The notes beneath the pieces are model-generated. The model made no database searches. It saw only the letters and a program-made list of their open reading frames with translations, and was not told the DNA's origin. Positions 13,794-26,908 of a stretch of 64,000 nucleotides of DNA are shown here, one piece after another (within the stretch, counting starts at the first letter, position 1; the number at the start of each line of letters is the position of its first letter). Origin of the DNA: Cirrosporium novae-zelandiae (taxonomy: Eukaryota); contig JAPETS010000023.1 of NCBI GenBank assembly GCA_026023565.1, positions 310,001 to 374,000 of the forward strand, read 5' to 3'. The position numbers were made by a program, and so were the translations under genes.

Positions 13794-14200
13794 GTAAGGG
13801 GGAGACTTTATCAAAGAGTTAGTTGGTGATGTAGGCAGCCTTGAGTTGCCATGAGTTGCCATGTCATCGTTATTATCACAAGTACCTAATGATAGAAGAC
13901 TGCTGGCGATGACATAGGATATTCTTCACAGCGTTGACATATTCTGTTCCTTGATTCATATACTCCCTTCTTCATTTATAAATTACTTGAGTGGTAGACG
14001 GTAGGATAATAAGATTAATTATTGTTGCAATGTATTTTCGTAGAGAATTGGCGGCGTCTTGAAACCATCATAACCTCCGTCTTGGCACTAGCAACGTGGG
14101 GAAGTTTCAAAGGAGCATCGTAGGCAACATAAGCGTCACAACCTCAGTCCTTTCTTCGGTCTTTTATTTCTCACACAACCCCTTGACACCTTGGCCGAAG

Positions 14201-16142
14201 ATGTCTTTAAAATCTGGTACGTTAAGCCGCATTGAATTCCCTTGCCTCAAGACTAATCTATATCAAGATTCAATCTGGGCTGCTTCACCCTCTACAACAA
14301 GAGGTCAGCCAACTCAGCTTTCTGCAGACTCGAAAGGTGAACGATTAGCTTATGCTGTACGTGATCATACTATTCGACCGCGAATGCCTTAAATGCTGAG
14401 AATTATGTATTCAGTCAAACAAATCTGTCTTCCTTCGCTCCATCGATAACCCCGCCATTTCTACGCAATATACCTCTCATACCAGCCAAACTACGGTCGC
14501 TCGCTTTGCTCCTTCAGGCTACTATGTCGCGAGTGGTGATGTCACCGGAATGATAAGAGTGTGGGACTGTGTAGGAGAAGGTGCAACAAAAGGAGAATAC
14601 GCTATTATTAGTGGACGTATAAATGATATTGCTTGGGACGGTGACTCGCAACGAATCATAGCTGTTGGTGATGGGAAGGGACGCTTTGGGCATTGCATAA
14701 CTGCAGACAGCGGAAATAGTGTGGGGGAAATATCTGGACATACCTCACTTATCAACAGTGTTTCAATTCGCCAACAAAGACCCCTAAGAGCTGCCACTGG
14801 AAGTGACGACAACAGTCTCGTCTTCCTACATGGCGCACCATTCAAATTTAACACAAATCTAAGGGGAAACCATAACAACTCTGTCTACGGTGTTGCCTTC
14901 AGTCCTGATGGTAGCAGCTTGGTTAGTGTCGGAGCTGATCGAAAAATTTGGCTCTACGATGGGAAGACGGGCGAAGTTAAAGGTCAAATTGGTGAGGGAG
15001 AACATAAAGGCAGTATTTTTGGGGTTTCATGGTCTAGTGATTCAAAGAGATTTGCCACATCCAGTGCAGATCAAACCATCAAGATATGGGATGCAGAAGC
15101 TGGTAAGTCTGTACAGTCTTGGAGAATGGGCGAAGAGGGATCAGTCAGTGTCCCCGATCACCAAGTTGGCGTTGTGTGGCCTGCAGGTAGAAGTGATGGC
15201 TTGGTTATAAGCCTCGCGTTGAGTGGTAATTTGAATTATCTTTCTGAGGGTGACTCCAAGCCGACCCGGGTGGTTCAAGGCCATCAGAAGAACATAACAT
15301 CCCTAGGCTCCACCGTGGATGATAATAATACTACTATCTGGACTGGAAGCTACGAAGGCAGAGTATGTAGCTGGGATGTGACAACTGGATTGGCACATAC
15401 AGTTGATGGAGAGACCCATTCCAACTATGTGTCTGGAATCACAGCAACGCCTGAGGGCCAAGGTAGAATATACAGCGTGGGCTGGGACGATACGTTAAGA
15501 GTTATCGATACTACGGCTAAAACTTTCCTGGGAACTACAGCGAAGCTGGAAGTCCAACCAAAAGGGGTGTCCGCTGCTAAAGATCAAGTATTTGTGGCTA
15601 CTCCAAATGGCATTGAGATTTTCAAGGACGGCAGCAAGTCTGGCGAACTCAAAACTAAATTCTCCCCCAATGCCATATCCGCATCAAGTGGGCTCGTGGC
15701 TATTGGAGGAGAGATTATTCAGATCTACTCCGTCTCTGGGAGAAGCCTAGATCTCAAAACCGAAATAAAAGGCCTCACTTCCCAAGTCAGCACACTAGCA
15801 CTCTCCCCCAATGGTTCCCTCCTAGCAGCAGGTACCTCCAATGGAAAGATCTTCTTGTATAACTCATTGGACGGAAGCCTAGTGACAAACCGGTGGTCAG
15901 CACATACCGCAAGGATTACATGCATCTCTTGGAACAAAGCTGGTACCCATGCTATCAGTGGAGGGTTAGATACCAATGTTTTTGTGTGGAGCGTCGAGAA
16001 ACCAGGGAACAGGATCAAAGCGTTGAATTCTCATAAAGATGGTGTCAATGGCGTTGCGTGGATAGAGGGCCAAGATACGAAGGTTGTAAGCACTGGTGCT
16101 GATGCCGCAGTCAAGGTCTGGAAGGTCGAGGGTCTGAAATAG
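14201..16142 (+). CDS. AIP1: Actin-interacting protein 1 (WD40 repeat, WDR1 family), 3 exons
   Basis: N-terminal SPSTTRGQPTQL, FAPSGYYVASGD, GRINDIAWDGDSQRIIAVGDGK, many GH..WD repeats, RWSAHTARI; two short 5' introns. Confidence 0.95.
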
Positions 16143-17027
16143 ATCATGGATCGAAAGAGACATTGAAAGAGAGCAGTATATTCCGGCCGCTGATGCCCTA
16201 ACTTGCTGAAAGAAGAATAGCTACACATATAACGAGTGACGTCTCAAAGCCGATTATTGAATCTGACTGGCCTCCGAGAACCTTAACTTTATTTCTCACA
16301 TGGCCTTCCACCCATTTCCTACTTGTCAGTGTTTGCGTATGGTAGGATATGTATCCCATTATATATCCGATATTTTGGTATTTCGTATTCCCTGTTCTCG
16401 GCCGTTTGCAATCCCCTCCTACTCAACCAAAATTTCTCTCTGATTTCTTGAAATAATCAGCTACATATATGTGCTTACGAGGACCATCAAAAACTCATAA
16501 ACCTTGCAGTGCTCTTGGCAGATCCACTCGTCACAGTGCCAAGTGCGCAAATTAAAAGATGTCTCATTGGCTCTCCAGCAGAATCCCCAAATACCACCGT
16601 TAAGCTGATGCAGCCAAATGTATTCTGGCCTTCGATAACTTGCTCATTTTCACTATCTTACCCCAGCTTTCCTTCCAATTCTTTCCTAATGAGGCTGGCT
16701 CATATATTTCGAACCATCTAGGTCCACTCTTGCCTTAATGCCTAGACATTCTGGCAATCATGATGATGGACGGTTCCAAGCTATATCAATTCCCTCTCTC
16801 TGTCAAAACATTCAGTTCTAAAATAACTCGTATTTTCCATATTTTTCTTCCTCTCCACTCACAGCCTCCCCTTTCTGCAGGCGCCGGCTTCTCTCATCTC
16901 CTCTCCTCGTACTACAAGGTGCTGGACATCATTACCCACTGACTTCATAACAGGACGAAATCTGTAATCTTCTTTTTAGTTAAAGATACTTCAGGAATCT
17001 CAAGGTTCTCCGCTCTGCATTATAATC

Positions 17028-19121
17028 ATGGAACGTCGTCACATCCAAGATTTTTCTGAAGGCACTAACACAACATGGTACTTTGGTTATGGAAAACGCC
17101 AAGTTCCCTGCGAGCAGGACGAAAAAACTTGTGAATATCTGGATGGAATATATTGGATGCATGTGCAGTCCATGATTTATAGGTCGGTGTCTTGCACCGA
17201 TGTTTGTATCAGACCGATTACTGATAAGATAAAAAGCTACATCTTATGGTGTGTAATTGGTGGAATACTTCTTTGCTTTCTTCTTTGGAGACTCGTGCAA
17301 AAGATGCTATCTTCAGACCCAGTCAAGAAATCAGATTGTCCTGAAAGCCAATCATCTCGTCCACGGGGTGCTGCCTATAGAGGTTGGAGAGCTATTATAG
17401 CAGCAAAGAATCACTACTTGCTCCCTGAAACCAACATTCTTCTTTTCCGACATGTTACCAGGCTACAAGTCATGATCCTAGCCGTAGGACTCTTGTATCT
17501 TATTATCTTCTCGTAAGTTTAGTCTCCTAGGTCCTTCACGGCCCTTGGCAACTGCTCCCTAACACCAACGAGCCTCATTGGTATAGTTTATAAAACCTGG
17601 GTCACGCCTGTAGAGCATCACTCTAATCTACATAACACCCGTACCGGCCTAGGCGGTTGGTCCGACCGTATTGGCGTCCTAGCCTATGCTCTGACTCCCC
17701 TTAGCATCGGGCTCGCCACACGTGAAAGCATTCCCTCTCTTCTCACTGGAATCCCATATCAAAACTTCATGTTCCTGCACCGCTGGACGGGCCGTGTAAT
17801 ATTTGCCCAGTCCTTCCTACATACGCTGGGCTGGACAGTAATCGAAGGACGCCTCTACCAGCCACAACCGTCTTACTTCACATCTGCCATCGCACAAAAA
17901 TACATGATCTTCGGCATCGTCGCAATGACATTCCTCACCTTCTTATATGTTTTCTCCACCGGTTGGGCTATCTGCCTTACAGGGTACGAATTCTTTGTGA
18001 AATCTCACTACGTCGTGGCCTGGCTATTTGTTGGCTGCTGCTGGGGCCATTGGACCTTGTTGAAATGCTGGATGATCCCATCTCTTATCCTCCTAGCTCT
18101 CGATCTTGTCTGCCAGTACATCCGCGTTCTGCTTATCCACTTGAAATTCAAACGCGACCCCTTTTCTGGCTCCGGTAAAGGCGTAGGATTCCAATGTGCG
18201 AGGGCAGCCATCCAATCATTCGTTGATAGCGACGGAGTTACTGTCGTAACATTGAAGTTTAAGCACCATCATGGTGGGTGGAAATTAGGCCAACATTTCT
18301 ACCTCTGTTTTCCAGAACTCTCAATTTGGCAGAGTCATCCATTCACACCTTCGTTGCCTCCGATCCCAGGGTCGGCAGAGCAGGAACACTTATTCATCGT
18401 GCGGTGTTTGGGAGGCGAATCTGCGCGTTTAGGGAAACTAGCGACTTCCCAGTCCTCTTCTCCCGCTTCGTCCGGAATCGAAATCTGCTTTGAAAACAAC
18501 ATCAATAAAGAGGCTAAAGAACTCTCCACTTCAGAAACTCTCCCTTCACCTATAACCACGATCAAAACAACCCCGGTAATCCTCATCGGTCCCTACGGGA
18601 TCTCCTCCCTCCCCCCCCCATCCCTCCTATCGCCAAACCTCTTAACCATAGCCGGCGGAACCGGAATATCATTCACCCTCCCCTTCATCCTCTCAACCCT
18701 CCAAATTCAAGCTCAAACCCCTCAACCCCCTCTCGGTCTTATATGGATAATCCGCCGTCTCTCGAACATCTCCTGGATAACCCCCTCACTCATATCCATC
18801 CTCCCTCACCTCGCATCAACTCAAACCTGCCCTCTCTACTTCCGTATAATCGTAACCCGAGATCTTCCATCTTCACCCTCGCTCTCCTATATCCCCGAGC
18901 CCCTAACTCAATATATCACCTACACTCACAATCAGCACCCCAGCATTTTGTTCCTCCTGGATGAATTCTCCGCTCTGATAACAAGCAATTCGATATCGAC
19001 ACAGGTGCTAGGGAGTGGACCTGTGGGAATGGCTAGTGATGTGCGGGATGCGGTTGCACGGAGGAATAATGCGAGAAAGGGGGACTGTTGGGGTTGTTAT
19101 TGGGATGGGAGGGAGTTTTAA
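17028..19121 (+). CDS. Ferric/cupric reductase-like transmembrane metalloreductase, 3 exons
   Basis: Heme-ligand His pairs (HRWTGRVIFAQSFLH; H...WGH), FAD motif WQSHPFT, NADPH motifs GPYG and IAGGTGISF, GPVGM; introns ~17183-17237 and ~17513-17572. Confidence 0.88.
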
Positions 19122-20197
19122 GAGAGAGGGAGGGAGCAGAGGTTGCGTGAGTCCGTTTCTGAGATATGGTTTTTATAACTCTAGAAAATGGAAAATGATT
19201 GTCCTTATTTAATTTTTATATATAATATATAAAAATGTAAATCGTTGATATGTTTACAAAAGCCTTTTTCGAGAGGTTATCATTCCATTCATCTATTCAA
19301 CACTATCATGTACTATATAGCTTCATATTATGATCGCTTGAGTCACCATAGGGCATAGCTGAGCTGAAGAGCTTGGCAACTGCCGATGAATATAATTATC
19401 TTCTCCTGAGCCCGAGGCTTTTGCTCACAGTTCAGTTTTGTAAACTTATTAGGCGTATTAGGCATTACTACCCGCCCTGAAGGTCTGCTAATATCTACCT
19501 AAGCTAAGAACGAGGAAGCCGACCCCTCTATTTATTGTATATATATATGAACAAGGACGGAGAGTTTATGCGTTAAATATCTTCTCATCATTCGCTATAT
19601 ACACGTGTACAACATAATAGTTGCTATCTCACACTTCCGCATCGCCTCATTTTGCTTTGCCTCGCTAATCGATGAACTGAGGATCCCGCACACAAAACTA
19701 CTAACTAGGCTTGAAAGAAGAGGCAACATAAAGCCAAACCCAATCCATCCAGGGAAAGAAGGTAAAAGTTTCTTATCTTCAAGCTTTGAATAGAGTAAGG
19801 ACAAGGAGCCAAAAGGGGACCATGCATAATAAATGTATAAGAAGAGGACCATATACACAGGAAAGTGATGGCGTTGGATGAATCAAGCTAAAGGGTTAAG
19901 TAAGTCGGTGATAGACAAGATATAGTATATAAACCTTGATGTGGTTGTTCGGCCGTGTTGCCATGTGTAGTAATAAAGGACAAAGGAAGTCGGTAGTGTG
20001 CAACATGACAAAAAAAAAACGTTGGCATAGGATGGATATCACAATAATCGACCGTATTGAACGCCATGCTATGTTGCCCAACAAAAAGCTTATAAGCTAT
20101 ATGGCCGTATTGATATCCCCAAACTCTTGATTACGACTGAATGCCTCCCAAAGACTGATTAATACACTAGGAACTTTTTGGCCCCTAAAATTTCATC

Positions 20198-23100
20198 CTA
20201 CACAAGTACCCATTCGGTTCCTTTCTTGAGGAACTTATCCAGCATAATACCAAGGTCATTAAGGACAAAGCGGCAGATGTAGAATGCAAAGAATTCGGCT
20301 GCATGTCGAGCACAGAGCTCCAATCCCACTTGTGTAGAATTTGAATGCTTTAGCCCAGGATCTTCAACTTGACGAGCGATTTGATCTATAATACACTATA
20401 AGCAAACGATAAGCAAGATTTGACAGAGACGGTAAAATTACCAAGAACCTGAGCAGCATCAAAAAGCCGTACCAATGCTGCCATGTACATTTGGTTCGGA
20501 CCATCGCACTGCACTTTGGAAACATCTCGCTTTGCAAACCGAACATTTGGAAGTGAAGTTGTCGGAACCGACTCGATCGTGAAGTTGTCTTTGCTGTCCT
20601 TTACTGTTATCGTAGGGGGAGTGACCATAGTACCTGAATTTTTCGACCTGAGCTTTCTCCATGAGGAGAGGTATGATTTACCAGAACTTGTCGGCTTTGA
20701 TCCTGTATCATTGGTGGATGTCGAGTCCTCTGTAGTGGTAGAGCCTTTGAAGAAGGATGTAGATCCATGCAGTCCGACTTCATTGCCTAATTTTTTGCTT
20801 AGGATTATCTGTACTTGATCAAGAATTACTTCCAGAGATTGCATTTCCTCGAGCACGGCGTCTGCGTCAAAGGTGTCAACAGACGCGAGTTTTAGCAATG
20901 CTGCAGTTAGAAGATCGCAGTTTGAGACCTTTTCATCTACATTCTTGACTTTAGGAACCTTTACTCGCCAGACCTCGCGAGGAACAAAGAGTTTCTTCGA
21001 GATATAACCTCCTCGGGGATGCGCAATTGTCTGATATAAAGCTCGCATGAGCCAGAATGGACGCAAGAGAAAAGAAGCTGGGCATGGTTCTAAAGGTACT
21101 GGTGGATTATCGGCGTCAGGATTCGGAGAACCTGGGCTTGTTGGAGAATGAATATCACTCTCAAAAAGAAAGAAACCCCCTATGCCCCCAGTGGGCATTC
21201 CAGTAACGGTAAACGAGCCACCCGTGGGCGTAGGTAGTACAGGGACACCTGCTCCTAGACCCTTTCGTGCTTGCATGGCCCCAGAAAATAAATTGTTCAT
21301 TGGTGTACCTGGAGATACATCGGGGATGTCAGGAGTTGAAACTGACAAGTTCCTAGAGCGCAAACTTGAGGAAGAGAAATTCTTTCTCAATGACCTGGAG
21401 CTTGTGGTTATTCTGCTCAACAGCCGAGTTGGAGATGGAGGAGCCATGACAGGGACTTCATTTTCACTCTCAATCGTTAGGGTCTTTGTTAATCCGGCGG
21501 TGTCTAGGGGCTCGGCGGATGATAACTCGGCGATATGCTCACTATTGGCTGGGGAATGTCCTCGTCCAGAGACTGCTCCCCACTTCTCCAGGATTGTGGG
21601 TTTCTTTGGTGAGTCCAACTGACTTGAGACGCTTCTTTGCCCCGTACTTAGATGATGTTCCCCAGTAACTTCCGGCGGCGAGTGAGGAGGGATGGCTGGT
21701 GGCATAGTTCTAGGGGCATCCATCATAATGTGCTTTAACTTGGCGTTAGTCTCAATCTTGAGCTGTTTGGCATTTTGACCCGACAGTCGTCGGTCGCGAA
21801 CGCCAGGGCCAGGGCCAGGAGAGAGGCCAATGCTATTACGTGCTGTAGCTGGAGGCGATGGTTGAAGAGATTCAGATAACAGAGGTGGAGGAGCTGCAGG
21901 CAGTGGCTGATACTCGAACTTTGAGGACATGGCAGCCTCGTTTGATTCTGGTGATGAATGTATAGATTCAAGACGTGGAGGTAGTGTTGAAGATGTAGGG
22001 GGTGGAGGTGGAGGACTAGTAGGATGAAAAGGTTCAACTAGTGCTGATACCGACGGAAGCGCAACAGTAGCCTGAGATAAAGATTGCTCCGGCGCAGCGG
22101 GAAGCGGTCCAGGTGGTGATGGAGCAGACGCTTGGGATCGCATGGTGGGTGGAGGTACTGAAGGTGGCGGGGCAGGGGGTGCCATAGATGGAGGAGGGTG
22201 GGGAGGTTGGGAAGATGGGGTCGGTGGGGGAGGGAGTGCGCCACTAGGAGGAGGTTGCTGTGGCGGTAGTTTCGACTGTAGCTTGGTATCTAGAGAAGGC
22301 ATAAGAGCTTCGGCGACTGTTGATAATGATGTACCAGCGGTGGTAGGATTGGAGCCGATCGAACTTCCCCATGTTCTCCCTGAAAATCCACTGGAATCAG
22401 ACTGTCTCGGCAATGCCGACTTTGATTGAAGGTCAAACTCGAACTCATCCAAGATATATTCCTTGGTCATTTCTTCTAACATACGTTCCTCCTCCGCAGC
22501 TTCATCTTCTGCATATTCCACAATACTGTTGTGACTACCATTATGAGATTCTCGTTGCAAAAATCGTCTTTTCTCCCTGTTCTTAGCCATCGCAACAACG
22601 GCTTCTCTCTCAGCCTCCCGGACTCTCTCCTTCGCCAACTCAATATTCCGCCTGGCAATCACCACAGGATCCTCAACAATTGGATCTTCATGGATGGATT
22701 TGACATCACTGTGGTTATCTTGGATTTCATGATCATTCCGAATGTCTTCGTCATAGCGATTTTCTGCAAGGTCATAGCCATCATCATAAGCCGCTTCTAC
22801 AGCAGCGTCAAGAGCAGCATCAAATTCTGCTTCGGTTATACCACTAGGAGGCCGGAATTGCTTGTTTCTTGGACCAAGGGATGATGACCTTGAATGGACA
22901 GAAGAAGCAGACGAACCTCCAGATTCATCTATAGTGTCTAGCCATGATGTGGTCTCTTGACTGGGATCTCGAGAATGTTGAACGTAGAAGGTCTGCTGGC
23001 TTGATACTCTATTTCGTTCTCTTGCTTCTCGGGCATCTGACGCGGACCTAGGTCGAGATTCCGTATCTCCGTTGGATAGATTCGGCGACAAAGGACGTCG

Positions 23101-24660
23101 TGGCGAAAGAGGAGGAGGCATGCAGTCAGATTCCATAGGCACTTCAAGACTAGTGTTCATTGAATATTCAGCAGGGTCGTCCCATATTGTGGATCGCGAG
23201 TATCGGTCATAATAGTCTGGCCTCAAAGCAGTGGGAGCAAACCGGATTTCATCATCAAAACCGGAAGGCAATAAAGACTGTCGACGCGGAGGGATCTGGG
23301 ACGGTGTTAATTGTCGAGGCTGATTTGTATCGGGGGTATACGAGGAACTGTTGACAATCCTTGTGGCCGTCGCGGTCTCAATTATTGGAAGATCTTCTTC
23401 AAATTCATCTACTGGTGACATCTGATCACGAATAGTGGAGCCATCACTGAGGGGTCGTTCTGGCAATGCCTTTCCATCGGTGTTCTGATACGATACTAGG
23501 TCTGCACCTTGGAGTTCATTGATTCGATTTAAATATGTTCCCCGAATAGCATCCAGTTTTCTTCTGTCATCATCGACCGGCGTTCGACCTAGTACTTGCT
23601 GTAAAAGATCGCAAGCATCCTGGTAGGCATCCATAGCGCCTTCAAAGTTCTGAGCATTGTCCAAGAGAACAGCCGTATTGGCCTTCTGTAAAGCCTTTGA
23701 CAACATTGCTTTTTGAGACGGATGTCTTTTATGCTTTCGCTCCCTATCCCTTGAGGTTCTGATAGACGCTCCAGAATTTGTCGCATCTGACCCTCCGCTT
23801 CCCTTAGTGTAATCACTTTGATTTCGAGAATGTCCTCGAGGAGGTAGATCGCTTAAAGTTGCAGGCGTGGTAGGACGATATCTTTGAGGGTTTGGCGACG
23901 TTCTACCTTGCCACCTGTCCGAAAAATACTCTGGGGTTGCTGTACCGTATTTGGTGGGGGCTAAAAGTTCGGTGGTCGACGACGCACTGAATCCTAAACT
24001 TGAAGGTATTGTAGCATCAACTGTTTGCGAAAGACTGGGTAGAGTGCTAATCGGAGGAAGAATAGCTCGATCGCCAATCTTAGCGGAATTCTGGAAGGAT
24101 TCTTGAAGAGCACTTGCTGCCGGCGTTTTCAGTGTAAGAGATGGAGGAGCCTCTGAACGAAGAAAAGCAGTTTTTCTTTTCTCAGGGGTCGATCCAGGTG
24201 ACCGAGACTTGGTAAGAACATTCCTGGTCGGAGGGGAATGTGGATTCGCTAGACTTGCAATTGAACCAATTGGCCCAGATCCTCCAATACTCAATCTCCT
24301 CGAGAAACTATTTGAGTTTCGATGTCCACTCGATGCTTTACTTGAGGAAGTCGATTGTGACCAACGATTGAGATTCCCTACACCATCATTTACGTCGCTA
24401 TCAACACTGTTTCTGTGATCAGATGTCACACTTGGCCGACGACGCGAAGCTGGCGAAGTGGCGCGTTTACTAAAAAATGTCGTTGAATAAGGATCAAGCA
24501 GCGGGCTCTGAGGTCTAGCTCCCCTATTTCTTGATGTCGGGCGAGACGAAAAAGATGCCGTCCGATGCACAGTAACCACTGATGAAGAGGATATAGAATT
24601 CGATCTCGAGGTAGAATGCTGAGGTCGAGTCGAATGCGGGTTGGTAGTCGGGTGCAGCAT
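20198..24660 (-). CDS. MIT-domain-containing protein with long S/P-rich disordered region; last exon ~20385-20198
   Basis: QKAMLSKALQKANTAVLLDNAQNFEGAMDAYQDAC.LL MIT helices; conserved C-terminal block RPFWLMRALYQTIAHPRGGY; spliced tail DQIARQVEDPGLKHS..HAAEFFAFYICRFV..EWVLV*. Confidence 0.88.
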
Positions 24661-26207
24661 GTTGCACAAAGCCTTTCGGCGACTATCTTTGCAGCGTGGA
24701 TGTCAATTCAAGTACGCGACAAGCCAGCCCAAGGTTGATGGATCAGAGCCGGATCGAGGTCAGATCAACGACCGGCTGTATGTCAGGGATACCTCGAGGC
24801 GTGCTAGACACAACCTCAATCCTAATATATGCCGTCGGCGAAGGGAAATACTAGTTATGCGAACTCTTCAATTATCCTGCTTGACGTTCCTAATTGCCGT
24901 TGCGGTTTATCAAATCACAGGACAGAATTGGATTGTCGGTGCCAGGGTTCCGATGCCAAATGGTTTGGAGGATTGGCTGCCGTTGACCAATTAATATAGC
25001 TATCCTTCTATTATTGAACCAAGTATAATTATTGACCTCCAGGTGGAATCATAGCATCGATAAAACAAGACATTGATTCCAGTATTGTGAGTATTTGTAC
25101 ACCGCTTATGTCGATTCTCCTATCCAGTATCCTTGCGCTGCAGTATGTACCTGCGCAATGCCTAGAACACCACCAACCGTCATAAAAGCTTGTTCAGCCC
25201 TTGAATTGACAGGTATCGTATTGTTTACCAGCTGGATTGAAAAGCCTTGGGAAAAAACAATCTCTTGCGCCGGATGGGTGGGCTGATGCTGTAGGTATTA
25301 TCTTTTTTGGATCATATGAAGGCGTGTTTTGGTGCGGTGCTGCATGCAATGCCCAGGGCGTTTATTTGAATCCCCTCTCCAGTTAGGATGTTATGTATTG
25401 TTGCACGAAAATGATTGTCACACGTGGTGGCTTGCAGATGCTGGCATGCAAGTTCTGGCAAGTTGCAGTAGGCGGCGCTTTACTGTGCAGGATTGATAGA
25501 TGAAGGATGAATGAAGTTTAAGAAGAAAGAGCGATGGGAGGGGGGGGGGAAGGGTGGGGAGGTAGGAGAAGAAGACTGTAAATGATAGTACTTTGTCGAG
25601 AGAGGGGAAGTGAGTTGGTCGTAGGGGTGAGAGATGGGGGAGGATGGATGATGATGATGATGATGATGTATCGAGGAGCCTCTGAAGGAGAGTCTTGACA
25701 AGAGGAAGCTGCAAGGGGAGGAAGGAAATGGTCGCGAAGCCGAGGACAGCGATTGGCGATTTTGCGGGAGTAGGGGATGCCGTGAATGCCTTAGCGAAGA
25801 CCAAGGAAGAAAGAACTAACGCTTCACGAAGTTCAGAGGTTGGTTGGGGTCATGTAACTACCTAGGTATACGACTATAACTAAACAATAGACTATAAGAC
25901 TATAACTCGTAGACAACCAGATATAGAAAGCTATAGGCTCGAGCTTTTAGGGGCACAGAGTTAAGTAATAGTTACTTGGAGTTAAACTGAATGCTTTTTT
26001 CTCTGTTGACGCCATATTTTAATATATCTTTTGGATGAAAGCGATTAATTAATTAAAATGTGAAGCATTTACTTATTTATATACCTAGATAGTTAATTAT
26101 TATTAGTAGGAGCGTCTTCGCAATATTGGTTTTAACCATGTTTCATAAATGCCTCGTTCACTAAAGAAGACCTTGGACACATTGACAGTCCGAGGGTACC
26201 TTAAGGT

Positions 26208-26410
26208 ATCCTGACTATCCTGACTATCCTGACTATCCTGACTGTTAGGGGGAGCACGGGACTAAAATCGGGGGTAATGCTTTCCGGCCCCCCCCGCTCT
26301 TGATAAGAAACCACCAAAGTAACATCATCACCAACACCAACACCAACACCATCATTAACATTAACATTAACATTAACATCGGCATCAGCATCAGCATCAG
26401 CATCAACACC
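26208..26410. repeat. Short tandem repeats: (TATCCTGAC)x4 followed by compound hexamer array (CCAACA/TTAACA/TCAGCA)
   Basis: Directly visible at 26208-26243 and ~26322-26410. Confidence 0.85.
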
Positions 26411-26908
26411 TCTTCTCAGTAATAATAACCAAAGTCAAATTCCATTTTTTCACTTTAGTGGACCATGCCGATCATGGACTTTTCTTTCTTCTCTTTCCTA
26501 TCACCACCCCCCTCGTCTCGTTCACTATTCCTGATGCCCCGGCATCCTGGAACACCTTTTGTTTCTTTTCAAAATAAAATATAAAAAAAGGGACACAGCC
26601 ACCATACGGGAATTGCGAAATACTATTTGATAAAATCACGGTTGTGGGTTGTGGGCTGTGGCGTTTTCAGGCCTGGCTAGGCAACCATAAAAAGGTGAAG
26701 ATTGAGCTGAATGCGACTTGACCCATTATCTAACCAAAATTTTGTTACCTGGATAAGAACAAAGCCTCTACCATGTATCATTCCTTCTGCCATAGATCCT
26801 TCAGGCATCAGTTTTTCTCTTCTTCGTTTTCGTCTTCTTCCATGTTGCATCAATTAAAAGAGTAGGGACCTGCCATTTCCCAGAATCAATCCACCATCTT
26901 GTTTCAAC

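Noticed and set aside
17028..19121. Ferric reductase as possible Starship cargo
   Set aside because: It lies among housekeeping genes more than 30 kb upstream of the captain and on the wrong side of it.
25480..25701. Poly-His ORF upstream of the MIT gene
   Set aside because: Explained by a (GAT)n microsatellite in a pyrimidine-rich leader/promoter.
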